40,092 nucleotides of DNA from a virus (Duplodnaviria; Caudoviricetes): IMG/VR virus record IMGVR_UViG_3300049731_000177, positions 1-40,092 of that record. One strand, given 5' to 3'. Made by a program: the position numbers and the translations under genes. The first letter of the stretch is position 1. Every line of letters starts with the position of its first letter. Shown here piece by piece: positions 16,575 to 25,958 of this stretch. The notes under the pieces were generated by a model, which was not told the origin of the DNA, did no database searches, and saw only the letters and a program-made list of their open reading frames with translations.

Positions 16575-17642
16575 ATGCCTAAGACCAAGACGCCGCATCT
16601 CAATGCCGAGACGCGCAATGGCGTCACCAAATATTACCACCGCATCGGTCAGGGCAAACGCGCCCTGATCGAGCATCCCTACGACACGCCGGCCTTCTGG
16701 GAGGAGTACAGGCGGCTCGAGGCCGGCGGCGAAAAGCCGGTGCCGCAGAAGGTCGACCGGCAGTCGCTGGCATGGCTGATCATGGAATACCAGCGCAGCC
16801 CGCACTGGCAAAATTTGAAGATCAAGCGCCAGCGCGAAGCCACCTATCGCAAGGTAGTCGACAGGGACGGCGACGTTCTGTTCGCCGATGTCACCCGCGC
16901 CCACATCGAGATGGGCATGACCAAGCGGCTGGAGGAAGGGCGGCCGACGATGGCCAATTCCTTCCTGCAGCACATGAACGCCATCTTCGAATGGGCGGTG
17001 GACAACCAGCTGCTGGCCAGAAACCCCTGCTGGAAGATCAGGAAAATCAAAATCCCGAAGAACGACGGCATCCGCATCTGGACCGAGGGCGAGCTGGAGG
17101 CTTTTCGGCGCTTCTACCCGGTCGGCACGCTGTCGCGGCTGGCCTTCGATATCATGCACTATACCGGCCTGCGCCGCTCCGACGCGATCCGGCTCGGCCC
17201 CAGGCATGTGGCGCCGGACGGCGCCATCGCCATCCGCGCCCAGAAGAACGCGGTGGTGAGCTACAGCGTAATGACGCCGGAACTGATGGCCTCGATCAAT
17301 GCGGCCTGGAAAGGCGGCGACACTTTTCTGGTCACCGACCAGTTCAAGCGACCGTTCTCCGATGCCGCCTCGTTCGGCGTCTGGTTCTGGTACCAGTGCC
17401 GCAAGGCCGGGCTCGATGGTCTGTCGGCGCACGGCATCCGCAAGGCCACCGCCACCGCCGCCGCCGATGCCGGCGCCACGCCGCATGAGCTGATGGGCAT
17501 GTTTGGCTGGCTGCGGCTGTCGACCGCCGCGCTCTATACCGAGAAGGCCGACCGCAAGAACAACGGCCAGCGCGCCGCCCGGCTGGCGGCTGAGCGCAAT
17601 GCGAATGTGGTGCTGTTTCCGGTGCAGAAGGGAAGCAGGTGA
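16575..17642 (+). CDS. int: Tyrosine recombinase / phage integrase
   Basis: YTGLRRSD (R), SAHGIRK (HxxR), MFGW and LYT (Y) catalytic residues. Confidence 0.93.
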   Translation: MPKTKTPHLNAETRNGVTKYYHRIGQGKRALIEHPYDTPAFWEEYRRLEAGGEKPVPQKVDRQSLAWLIMEYQRSPHWQNLKIKRQREATYRKVVDRDGDVLFADVTRAHIEMGMTKRLEEGRPTMANSFLQHMNAIFEWAVDNQLLARNPCWKIRKIKIPKNDGIRIWTEGELEAFRRFYPVGTLSRLAFDIMHYTGLRRSDAIRLGPRHVAPDGAIAIRAQKNAVVSYSVMTPELMASINAAWKGGDTFLVTDQFKRPFSDAASFGVWFWYQCRKAGLDGLSAHGIRKATATAAADAGATPHELMGMFGWLRLSTAALYTEKADRKNNGQRAARLAAERNANVVLFPVQKGSR

Positions 17643-17929
17643 TGCGCTACAGGATTTTGCTGGCCGGCGCAGCCTTGGGCAGAGACAACGTCATGATCTA
17701 CATGACCGGCACGCTAGCACAGGCAAAATGGCGCGCCAGAACAGAGGCTCACCGGCTCCTCCGCGTGGACGAAACTGGATCAGAAATTGATGTCTACGAA
17801 AACGTCGTCATCAACATCTTTGAGGCCGACACTGATCAACAATATGCACCACCGGTCGCCATCAAGGGTCCGCATGGGCAGAAGTGGATTGACGTAATCG
17901 GCATCAGACGACCGCCGCCCGCGAAGTGA
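17639..17929 (+). CDS. Hypothetical protein
   Basis: 96-aa ORF overlapping the int stop and followed by a terminator. Confidence 0.5.
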   Translation: MMRYRILLAGAALGRDNVMIYMTGTLAQAKWRARTEAHRLLRVDETGSEIDVYENVVINIFEADTDQQYAPPVAIKGPHGQKWIDVIGIRRPPPAK

Positions 17930-17954
17930 GACTCCCGTCCTTGATCGGGATTTT

Positions 17955-17980
17955 GGCCCGGCTTCGGCCGGGTCTTTTTT
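17955..17980 (+). terminator. Rho-independent terminator
   Basis: ggcccggc-TTCG-gccgggtc followed by T6. Confidence 0.9.
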
Positions 17981-18004
17981 GTCCGGCGAACAGGCGGCGA
18001 ACGG

Positions 18005-18240
18005 AACGCGAATTAAACAAAATTAAAAAAATTGGCTATAGGGTATAACGCCGCGGGAATTAAACAGTTTAAGCGGGAATAAATGCCGGAAAAGCTAATG
18101 AAATCAATGGTCGATATTGAACATTCGCTTCTTGCTATTTTCAGTAAGCTGCAATCTTTTCAAGGACTTAATTCCCGCAAAATTTCACGAACATTGAATA
18201 ATCCGGCATTAAATCCCGCAAAGCGCGGGAATGAAAACGG
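18005..18240. other. Candidate attP region
   Basis: AT-rich non-coding stretch downstream of int. GCGGGAAT repeats at 18053, 18073, 18225 and inverted at 18171, with a variant at 18212. IHF-like tttcaaggactta near 18158. Confidence 0.7.
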
Positions 18241-18297
18241 CGCTTTGTTCTGCTAATGTTTCGAGGTCGCGGGATCCAGTGAGTACCCGCCATCCTC

Positions 18298-18343
18298 ACC
18301 GGCCTGCCAGGGTGAAGCCCCTTTCCCTGGCGGCCGGTTTTTT
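18298..18343 (+). terminator. Strong hairpin with a + strand T-tract, abutting the end of the late operon
   Basis: accggcc-t-gccaggg...ccctggc-ggccggt then ttttt. Confidence 0.65.
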
Positions 18344-18536
18344 ATGTCACCGTGACGCCCAGCAGCGGCAGTGCCCGCGCCAGGATGATCAGCACGGCGA
18401 CCAACATGACAAGCACCCGTGCGATCTGTTTGAAGTTGCCTTCAATCGGCAGCATTTCGATCAGGTAGATGATCACCCAGGCGACGATGCCGACCACCAG
18501 CGCCACGATCAGCAGCGCAATCAGAGCTTCAATCAT
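18342..18536 (-). CDS. Two-TM small membrane protein (Thivi_2564-like; holin candidate)
   Basis: 64 aa, two hydrophobic helices separated by LPIEGNFKQI. Confidence 0.75.
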   Translation of the reverse strand: MIEALIALLIVALVVGIVAWVIIYLIEMLPIEGNFKQIARVLVMLVAVLIILARALPLLGVTVT

Positions 18537-19042
18537 TTCTGTTTTCCTTTCCCTTGTCCGTGTCCTCCACCACCCTTGCCGGGATTGTCCGGATCCGAAT
18601 GACCGGGATCGTTCCCGTGGCCCTTGTTGTGATCGCCAGATGGCTGGCCGCCGCCTCCGCCTCCGCCTCCGCCGGGTGGCTCACCGCCACCACCACCGCC
18701 GCCGCCGCCGCCGCCAGCAGGAGGACCGCCGCCGCCAGGAGGACTGTTACTGCCGCCGCCCGCTCCCCCGCCAGCACCACCAGCAGCAGGAGGCCCATTG
18801 CCGCCAGAGCCAGCCCCACCAGGAGCAGGGTTGCCGGTTCCAGCACCATTGCCGCCTCTGTCACCGGATCGCGTTGTACGGCCCTCTGTGCGGCTTCTGG
18901 CGCCATAGTCCAGAATGCAAGTGTTCGGATAAAATCTTTCCAGCAGCCGGCACTGCTCGCGGGTCAGCCGCACCGTCTGCATCGAGCATGTGGCGAGCAG
19001 CAGCGCGAGAGTCGGAAATATCAAAACATATCGTCGCGTCAC
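18533..19042 (-). CDS. Gly/Pro-rich putative lipoprotein
   Basis: MTRR + hydrophobic stretch + LLATC lipobox-like; long Gly/Pro linker; C-terminal HNKGHGNDPGHSDPDNPGKG. Overlaps both neighbours by 4 nt. Confidence 0.6.
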   Translation of the reverse strand: MTRRYVLIFPTLALLLATCSMQTVRLTREQCRLLERFYPNTCILDYGARSRTEGRTTRSGDRGGNGAGTGNPAPGGAGSGGNGPPAAGGAGGGAGGGSNSPPGGGGPPAGGGGGGGGGGGEPPGGGGGGGGGQPSGDHNKGHGNDPGHSDPDNPGKGGGGHGQGKGKQK

Positions 19043-19503
19043 CGCTCACCCTTTTGCCCCTCTCGTCCTTGGATCTCGTCATATTGCCAGATGATGTCGG
19101 GCGGCTTGCCCAGCCCGTGCAGCGCATCGATCATCGTCTGCAGGAGAACACAAATCGTTGCCTGCTCCTCCTCAGTCGGCTCCCGAGTCATGACGGCGCC
19201 GAGGCTGTACCGGGTCTGGCCTTCGAAGGCGATGCCGGTGGTGACGGCAAAGGAATAATCCTCGCCCCGCTCCCTGGCCTTGACGAGGCGGCAGGCAGTG
19301 CTGGTCGGCTCGACCGCATAGGACGACAGGAAACGATCCAGTAAGGCGGGATCGGTAACCAGCCGATACAGAACGTAAGATGGGGCAAGACCACAGAGCA
19401 ACAAAAGTATGGCGGCAGCATTTTTGGGCGTCAGCCTTTCGAGAAAACCCAAGCCCGCAGTGACATTACTCGTCGGCGGCGCCGGCGACGGAGTTACAGC
19501 CAC
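19039..19503 (-). CDS. Single-TM membrane protein with Cys-containing extracytoplasmic domain
   Basis: NAAAILLLLCGLAPSYVLY TM segment. Start uncertain. Confidence 0.6.
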   Translation of the reverse strand: MAVTPSPAPPTSNVTAGLGFLERLTPKNAAAILLLLCGLAPSYVLYRLVTDPALLDRFLSSYAVEPTSTACRLVKARERGEDYSFAVTTGIAFEGQTRYSLGAVMTREPTEEEQATICVLLQTMIDALHGLGKPPDIIWQYDEIQGREGQKGER

Positions 19504-20141
19504 GCCGCGACCGCAAGCGCCTCGTCGCTGGCCGCGCTACTGACCGAGACCGCAACATTGCTTCCCGCCGTGGTGTTGGATGAACTGGCATGGCTGCGGC
19601 CGCCTGTTGTCACATTGACTGTCGCAAGACCTGTCCAGGTGACCACAGCGCCGCCATTGTTGGTCGTCACGCCGACCACGGCACCGCTCGACGGAAAGTC
19701 GATGGCGGTGGCGGCATCGTTGCCTAAAGCATGCGCCGTGTCGGACGGCGTGGCAGAGCTGTAGCCTTCGAGCGTATAGACAGCCGCATTATGAGAGCTG
19801 GGCAGGCCGTTGAGGGTGACGCTGATGGGGATCAGGCCGCCGCTCGTCACCGCGCGATAAAGGATTCCCGCTCCTGCCCCGGACGTGCCGTTGGGCACCG
19901 TCTGGACGGCGATCGTGGCTGCAACGCTATCGATCGCCCCCGAACTGATCTGGCGCGATGTCGCCGTGCTGCGGGTGTGGCCATCGGTGACGATGACCAG
20001 GCGCGTGCCGCTCGCCGGCCCGATGTCGATGCTGCTGGTGCTGATGGTGGTTGCCGTCGAGCTGCCGAAGACGCCCCGATAGACAAGCGTCGGCCCCACG
20101 GCAGCCGTAGCGAAGCGATAGGGATCGATCAGAAAACTCAT
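19494..20141 (-). CDS. Tail-fibre tip / receptor-binding beta protein
   Basis: Starts MSFLIDPYRFA; Ser/Thr/Ala-rich; coupled to the tail-fibre gene. Confidence 0.65.
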   Translation of the reverse strand: MSFLIDPYRFATAAVGPTLVYRGVFGSSTATTISTSSIDIGPASGTRLVIVTDGHTRSTATSRQISSGAIDSVAATIAVQTVPNGTSGAGAGILYRAVTSGGLIPISVTLNGLPSSHNAAVYTLEGYSSATPSDTAHALGNDAATAIDFPSSGAVVGVTTNNGGAVVTWTGLATVNVTTGGRSHASSSNTTAGSNVAVSVSSAASDEALAVAAWL

Positions 20142-21697
20142 GTGCGGGTGCCGATCAATGTTACTTTCAAGCCTTTGGCGGTGCCGTCACCGATCTGGTC
20201 GATGTCGACCGTCATCTCGGCGTCGTCGGCCAGCGAAGCATCGGAGATCACCGCTGCGGTGGCCGCCGTGGTGCTCGTCTTCTCGGTGTTGTCAATGGTG
20301 AGCTTGGTCGACAGCACGGAAGTCCCGGCCTCGTTGATGTCGACGGTGAAGATGGATCCGGAGGTCTGCGCGGTGGTGAGCGAGGCGCGTATCGCAGTCA
20401 GTGTCACCGCATGCGGCAGGCGGAAGGTGATCTTGGCGGTGCCGGTGGTCAGCGCCGTGGTCTCGTCGGAGCAGGCGACGATCAGCTTGAAATCGTCATA
20501 GCCGACGCCGGACAGCACCCATGTATTCGGATTGGCCCGCTTTTCGAGCCAGGCTTCCTCGTACTGGCGCAGCGTCAGCACGGACCTGTAACTGTTGATG
20601 GTAACGCCGGAACCTGGTGCCACTGTCAGCAGACCGGCGCCGAGATTGAGCACTTTGATGGTCGTGTTGACGGCCGAATTGACGCTGGATTGCGGCGCCA
20701 CGGTGAATGTCTTGGCGGCGGCGTTGGTGAAGTCGAGCCGCTTGCCGCCATCATTGAGGACGTGCGTGTAGGTGGTTCCGGCCACGGACTTGCCGACAAA
20801 CACCTGTTGCGGCGTGGCAATCGCCTGGAACACCAGGGCCGTCGTGCCGATCGTGATGGTGCCATTGTTGGTGCAGGTGAACACCTGGTCGCCATTGGCG
20901 GTGCCGTTTTCGACATAGACCAGCATGCCCGCCGTGATGTCGGGATCGACATCAGCGTCGTCGGCACGCGACCATGCCCCAGCCGCCGAAACATAGATGC
21001 CGTTCTGCGATCCGGTGGTCTGGTCCTTGACCAGCACGCGATTGGCTGAGGTCAGCACGCCATCGATCGTCTGCTCGCCACTCAGCGTGATGTTGGCGGT
21101 GGTCGCGACCGCCACGGAATCCTTGAAGTCGGTCGGCTCGGTCGGTGTGCCGCCGCCAACAACATCGAACCTGACCTGTCCTGCAGTCGACCAGTCGGCG
21201 GTGATCGTCGCGCTATCGGCGATCACCCGCTCGGCGCTGAGCGAGCCGCTGGCGGTCTTGACCAGATAGTCGACAGTGGCCGGCGCCCCGCCGCCGCCGC
21301 CACCACCACCGGCCGATCGCACATTGACGCCGTCCGACACCAGCGTGCCGAGACTGCCATCGGCGATCGTCGGCGGCGTTTCCGACTGACCGGAGATCCC
21401 GATCGATATGTCCTCCCCGCAACTGTTGAGGATGCTGAAAAGACCGCGCTCCTCGGCCGGAACGTCGATGGTCACCGCGCTGCCCGGCGCCGGCGAGCCG
21501 ACGGTGGCCTCGATGGTGGCGCCTTCCCAGAACACCGCCGAACTCATCGTCATGGTGGTGCTGTTCACCGGGTAAGTCACGAAGCCGAAGGCTGCCGATT
21601 CGACGCGATCGAAACGGTTGTTGATGGCGGTGATGCCGGTGGTCACCTGGCCCTGCGCCACCGGCACCGCCTGCGGGACTTTCTGCTCGATGGTCAT
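20138..21697 (-). CDS. Modular tail fibre protein
   Basis: Contains DFKDSV.VATTANITLSGEQTIDGV..RVLVKDQT..QNGIY, a gp9/10-like repeat and a C-terminal ACSDETTAL...GLKVTLIG domain. Follows the central tail protein. Confidence 0.78.
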   Translation of the reverse strand: MTIEQKVPQAVPVAQGQVTTGITAINNRFDRVESAAFGFVTYPVNSTTMTMSSAVFWEGATIEATVGSPAPGSAVTIDVPAEERGLFSILNSCGEDISIGISGQSETPPTIADGSLGTLVSDGVNVRSAGGGGGGGGAPATVDYLVKTASGSLSAERVIADSATITADWSTAGQVRFDVVGGGTPTEPTDFKDSVAVATTANITLSGEQTIDGVLTSANRVLVKDQTTGSQNGIYVSAAGAWSRADDADVDPDITAGMLVYVENGTANGDQVFTCTNNGTITIGTTALVFQAIATPQQVFVGKSVAGTTYTHVLNDGGKRLDFTNAAAKTFTVAPQSSVNSAVNTTIKVLNLGAGLLTVAPGSGVTINSYRSVLTLRQYEEAWLEKRANPNTWVLSGVGYDDFKLIVACSDETTALTTGTAKITFRLPHAVTLTAIRASLTTAQTSGSIFTVDINEAGTSVLSTKLTIDNTEKTSTTAATAAVISDASLADDAEMTVDIDQIGDGTAKGLKVTLIGTRT

Positions 21698-21704
21698 GGT
21701 TGCC

Positions 21705-24700
21705 TCATAGGGTGACGGTCTCTTCAGCGCGATGGCCGCGCCCGACCACCGCCGACATCTGGTAGACCCGGAAGGTCAGCGTGGCCGGCATCGAGCCGAA
21801 ATCCGCTGCGATGTCGGCTGCCAGATAGGTCGCGCTGTTGGTGGCGGCAGTGATCGTTTGCACGACCGTCGCGCCATCCATGATGTCGATCTCGAAGGCC
21901 AGCGTCGCCTCGCCGCTCGACGGCGCCACGTCGAACATCTCCCAGGCGTCGAGCCGTGACCGGTAATCCCAGGAGAGCGCGATGTCGGATCCGGCGATCT
22001 CCGCATCGAGGTTGACCGGCGCATAGGGCGTCTCGGCGGCACCGGCGACGGTGTGCGGCAGCACGGTGAGGCCGGCCGGATTCTGCTGGAAGCCGGCTGC
22101 CTTGTAATAGAACGTATCGTCGAGGTCGGCGACCGGATGCGCCACCCGGCGCAGCCATTCCAGGTTCAAAAGCACGAACAGATCGCCGGCCGCATGGTCG
22201 CCGGCATAGACTTCGGTGCCGCGGTAGCCGCGATGCGCGAAACCGGACAGGGTGAAGGAGCCGTCGCCATTGTCCTCGACCGTCGTAAAGCCGAGCAGCT
22301 CCCAGCGGCCTTCCTGCCCGATGGCGCACATGTTGGCGCCTTCCATGACCTCGCTTTCCGGCCGGTCGATCAGCAGATCGGAATCGCCGGAGGTGATGTT
22401 GATGGTCACCGAATTGACGAAGTCGCCGGCAAACTCGGAGGGCGGCGCCGCCAGCACGTCGACACAGCTGCCGATTACCCCGCCATGCGGTGCCTGGTCG
22501 AATTTCGCCGCCAGCTCGGTCGGCGCCGGCCCCGAATAAAGAATGCCGCCGGCCCAGTTCTCGGCGCCCTTCGATGCCAGCATGCCGTACTGCACCAGGC
22601 CGCTGCCGCCGAGATCGTCGGCGTAGCTGTAGAGCGGAATGTCGAGATGCACATACTGGGTGGCGAGCGCGAACTGCGTCAGCACGCCGACATTGTTGGT
22701 CACCGAGGTGATTTCCGCCGCCACCTCGGTCTGGAAATCGATGGCGCCGATCTCCGCCGACATGTTGCGCAGCTCCAGCGCCACGCTGTTCACTTTGGCG
22801 ATGAAGTTCAGGTCGCCGGATGGAATCGACACGATATCGCCGGGCAGCAGGACGAGATGCTCCGGCGCCGCCGTGCAATTGTGATCGCGCCGGTCCTGCT
22901 GCGCCTCGAAGAACTTTTCGGTGACCATCTGCTGCGCCGAAGCATCGGTCATCACCACCGGCGTCGAAAAGCGCTCGATCATGATCGACGGCAGCACGCC
23001 GGTCGGCATGGTGAACGAGGCCGGGCGCACCTGGTAGCGCGCATCCTTGGACACATATTCGAACTCGATGTGGGCCGGCGTCCGCAGACTGGCCTCGTCG
23101 CGGCTCTGCACCGCGCCATCCGGCCGCTCGACCAGGTCTTCGGCGGCAAACGTGGTGTCGATGGTCACCACATCGTCGCGGCCGGGCTTCTTGAAAACGA
23201 AGCCGCTGCCGGTATCGCAAAACGAAAAATCATAGACATCGGCGAGCGAGCGCACCGCCGCCTGGATGTTGGTGTCGCTCTTGATCACATAACCGTAGCT
23301 GGACAGGCCGGAAAAGCCGCTGAACGAAAGGTCGCTGGCCTCGAAGCCGGACAGCGCCATCGTGTCGGTGACGATGTCCTCGAGGTCGACGAGGCCCGGC
23401 AGCTGGTTGGGCAGCGCATGCTCGACCCAATGGTCGTCGTAGATGCTCTCGTACCAGACCAGCCTGTTCTGGTCGAAGATGCCGGTGGTGAAACTCAGAT
23501 TGTCGACGGAGTCTTTCTCGGCGTAGAGCGCCAGCGCCTGTTCTTCGATGCTGAACAGCCAGACGCTGCCGGCGGCGTCGATGCTGCCTTTCTGCATCAT
23601 CACGAAACCGGGCCGCGGCCAGTAGCGCTCGGTACCGGTCGAGAACAGCCCGGTGACGATGAAATAACTCGCGGCGCCGAGCGAGAAGGTTTCGGCCACC
23701 TCGCCGGTGTCGGGATTGATGCAGCGGACATGAAAGCTGCCGGACTCTTCCTCGATGGCGACCAGGTAGCCGCTCTGCTCATCGTACTGGATGCCGGTCA
23801 GCGCATTTGGCGATGGCGCATTGTAGACGACCGTGTTGGTCCACGCCGTGCCGTCGAAGACGGTCTCGGTGACAAAGTGATCAGGTGAAGCGCCGAGGAC
23901 AAAGAAGGAAACACTGCTGCCGGTGGTGCGGCCGCGCGCGACATTGCCGGCCACCAGGGTCGCGTCGATGGTGACGTCGAGGCTGCCCAGCGCCAGATCG
24001 ACCACGGCATGGGCGGTGGTGTCGACGCTCGGCGCCAGGTCGTGGCCGATGAACACGTATTGGTCGCCGAACGGCATGCCCATCTTCCAGTTGAGAGCCT
24101 CCGGCGATTCCTCATACTCGGCGACGACGGCACCGGTGGTGGCGTTGTAGACGCGGGTGAGTTTCGGATTGCCGAACTTCGCCAGCCTGACCAGCACATG
24201 GCCGGAGCCGCGAATGGCCATGATCCACTGGCTTTGCGTCGCATAGGCCGACGAATCGGCCAGCGCCACGCGGTACGCCTCGCGCCGTGTGTTGAGGTCG
24301 AATGCCACCAGCCAGATCGCCGAGACGCCGGGCAGCTCGGTCTGGGAGAGCAGTTGGTAGAGGACGCTGTCGACCGGATCATAGGCCGCCATCACACCGG
24401 CTGAATCACCCCCGAACGGTCCTGGCGGCGCGGCGCCGGTCCATACGAGTTCCCGGTCCTCCGGCTGGTCGGTCGCCGCATTGGAGATCACCGCACTGAC
24501 GCTGGGCGCGCTCGACGATTCGTAGCCTTCCAGGAACACCATGACAAAATTCTGATAGGCGCCGGCGTCGTCGCCGATCAGCTCGGTGAGCAGCGGATCG
24601 ACGCGGTCCTGGCGACCGCCGTAGAAGCGGAACTGCAGCCCGGCGCCGATGCCGTTTTCGGTATCGAAGACGATCTCGCCGCCGACCTGCAGCTGGATCA

Positions 24701-25133
24701 AATCATAGCCGCGCTCGAAGGCGTCATAGGCCAGGATGTAGCCGACATGCGCGCTTGTCCTGGTGGTCTTCTCCTCGACCGTCACCGTCTGGTAGGCGTT
24801 CATGTCGATCGAAATGCCGGGCGCGCTAAGGGTGTATGTCTTGCCTCCGGTGCCGGTCGATGTATAGGTCGGCGAGGTGATGTTGACCCGGTCAAACACC
24901 GACGGCGCCAGCTCCAGCTCCTCGTGATAGGTGCTGATGGTCTCGGTGACGATGCCGCCGATGAAATACAGCCCGTCGACCCGCCCGGTGCCGATCACGT
25001 AAGGGATCGCCGACCCCATGGTGGTCGCCCTGATCTGCTCGGTCATGGTGCGCGCGGTGACGCCGTCCGCTGGCCTGGCGGTGGTCGGCTTCAGCACGAA
25101 CGGCGCGAACAGGTTGGGGCCGAGATAGAACAT
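21705..25133 (-). CDS. Central tail/baseplate hub protein (GTA g15 'megatron'-like C-terminus, beta-propeller-like middle)
   Basis: 1142 aa. GSAIPYVIGTGRV N-terminus; HLDIPL, GAN.CAIG..GRWEL, RGYRGTE and FRVYQMSAVVGRG as in GTA-type tail proteins. Confidence 0.82.
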   Translation of the reverse strand: MFYLGPNLFAPFVLKPTTARPADGVTARTMTEQIRATTMGSAIPYVIGTGRVDGLYFIGGIVTETISTYHEELELAPSVFDRVNITSPTYTSTGTGGKTYTLSAPGISIDMNAYQTVTVEEKTTRTSAHVGYILAYDAFERGYDLIQLQVGGEIVFDTENGIGAGLQFRFYGGRQDRVDPLLTELIGDDAGAYQNFVMVFLEGYESSSAPSVSAVISNAATDQPEDRELVWTGAAPPGPFGGDSAGVMAAYDPVDSVLYQLLSQTELPGVSAIWLVAFDLNTRREAYRVALADSSAYATQSQWIMAIRGSGHVLVRLAKFGNPKLTRVYNATTGAVVAEYEESPEALNWKMGMPFGDQYVFIGHDLAPSVDTTAHAVVDLALGSLDVTIDATLVAGNVARGRTTGSSVSFFVLGASPDHFVTETVFDGTAWTNTVVYNAPSPNALTGIQYDEQSGYLVAIEEESGSFHVRCINPDTGEVAETFSLGAASYFIVTGLFSTGTERYWPRPGFVMMQKGSIDAAGSVWLFSIEEQALALYAEKDSVDNLSFTTGIFDQNRLVWYESIYDDHWVEHALPNQLPGLVDLEDIVTDTMALSGFEASDLSFSGFSGLSSYGYVIKSDTNIQAAVRSLADVYDFSFCDTGSGFVFKKPGRDDVVTIDTTFAAEDLVERPDGAVQSRDEASLRTPAHIEFEYVSKDARYQVRPASFTMPTGVLPSIMIERFSTPVVMTDASAQQMVTEKFFEAQQDRRDHNCTAAPEHLVLLPGDIVSIPSGDLNFIAKVNSVALELRNMSAEIGAIDFQTEVAAEITSVTNNVGVLTQFALATQYVHLDIPLYSYADDLGGSGLVQYGMLASKGAENWAGGILYSGPAPTELAAKFDQAPHGGVIGSCVDVLAAPPSEFAGDFVNSVTINITSGDSDLLIDRPESEVMEGANMCAIGQEGRWELLGFTTVEDNGDGSFTLSGFAHRGYRGTEVYAGDHAAGDLFVLLNLEWLRRVAHPVADLDDTFYYKAAGFQQNPAGLTVLPHTVAGAAETPYAPVNLDAEIAGSDIALSWDYRSRLDAWEMFDVAPSSGEATLAFEIDIMDGATVVQTITAATNSATYLAADIAADFGSMPATLTFRVYQMSAVVGRGHRAEETVTL

Positions 25134-25142
25134 CAGCGTCCG

Positions 25143-25958
25143 TCAGTTGGAAACGAATTCAAAGCCGGGAAAGCGGTCGACATTGTCGAAGGAAATACAC
25201 GAAGCGCGGGTCTGGGCGCAGCCGTGGCTGGCCCAGAACTGGTGCCCGACCGCGATGTCGAAGGGAAAATCGGTGACCATGTCGAACTGATGGGATCCGG
25301 CGTCCCAGTTGCGGATCCAGCCCTCCCAGCCGCTGTTGTCGCCGGTCGCCCAGGTCACCTTGCCGAGCTTGAACGTATGGCCGGCGGCCGGCATCACCGA
25401 GGCGGTGAAGCGGCGGCGGCTGGCCGCTGTCGCCACCGTCGCGGCGAAGCGGTTCATCGTTTCGTTGACGCCGCAGCGGGCGCCATAAAGCTTGTACTGG
25501 CATTTCGGCTGGATGGTGAACAGTACGATGTCCTTCAGCGCGTCGGCCAGCGTCAACAGCTCGATGCGCCCGTCAAGGCGGTCGGTGAATCCGGTCAGGC
25601 CGATGAATCCCTTGCCGAGGATCTCGCGCGCCGATGGGTTGTCAATGAGGGTGAGCCAGACGGTGATCACCGCGCCGCGCCAGGCGCCGCGCCGGACATG
25701 GTCGGTGTAGATCGGCCCTTCGTCGGAAAACGGGATCTGCAGATCAAGGGTGGCCGGCGTGCCGCCATGGCTGACCGTCAGCCGCGAGCAGGTAAAGCCG
25801 GGCGTCTTCAGAAAAGTCTGGCCGCCGGCGACGATGTCGACGTCATGACTGGTCAGCCGCACGGTGACATTGGAACGGCTCACCAACTCTGCCAGCATGC
25901 AGCGCCGCACCTCGGCGCCCGCCAGCGCCGTGGTCAGGCTCGAATTCCATGTCCTCAT
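25143..25958 (-). CDS. DUF2163 / BR0599 GTA-type baseplate hub protein
   Basis: True start ATG 25958 (ATGA). LTSHDVD, C...LYG.RC, W.TG.N.G and GC..T...C..F.N...FPGF. Confidence 0.88.
   Translation of the reverse strand: MRTWNSSLTTALAGAEVRRCMLAELVSRSNVTVRLTSHDVDIVAGGQTFLKTPGFTCSRLTVSHGGTPATLDLQIPFSDEGPIYTDHVRRGAWRGAVITVWLTLIDNPSAREILGKGFIGLTGFTDRLDGRIELLTLADALKDIVLFTIQPKCQYKLYGARCGVNETMNRFAATVATAASRRRFTASVMPAAGHTFKLGKVTWATGDNSGWEGWIRNWDAGSHQFDMVTDFPFDIAVGHQFWASHGCAQTRASCISFDNVDRFPGFEFVSN

Noticed and set aside
18010-18075. CtrA boxes (TTAA-N7-TTAA) or a dif site in the att region
   Set aside because: TTAA pairs are spaced by 6 and 5 nt rather than 7, and no XerD-type TTATG arm was found.
17930-18340. 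tRNA or tmRNA fragment at attP
   Set aside because: No T-loop GTTCGA..CC or CCA-end pattern was recognisable by eye; a tRNAscan/ARAGORN run would settle it.
18529-18906. Overlapping hydrophobic ORF with PEP-CTERM-like VLEPATLLLVGLAL, or an embedded spanin
   Set aside because: It is the expected shifted-frame readout of GGN/CCN codons of the Gly/Pro-rich gene. It has no basic tail or lipobox, and the Gly-rich frame is the one coupled at both ends.
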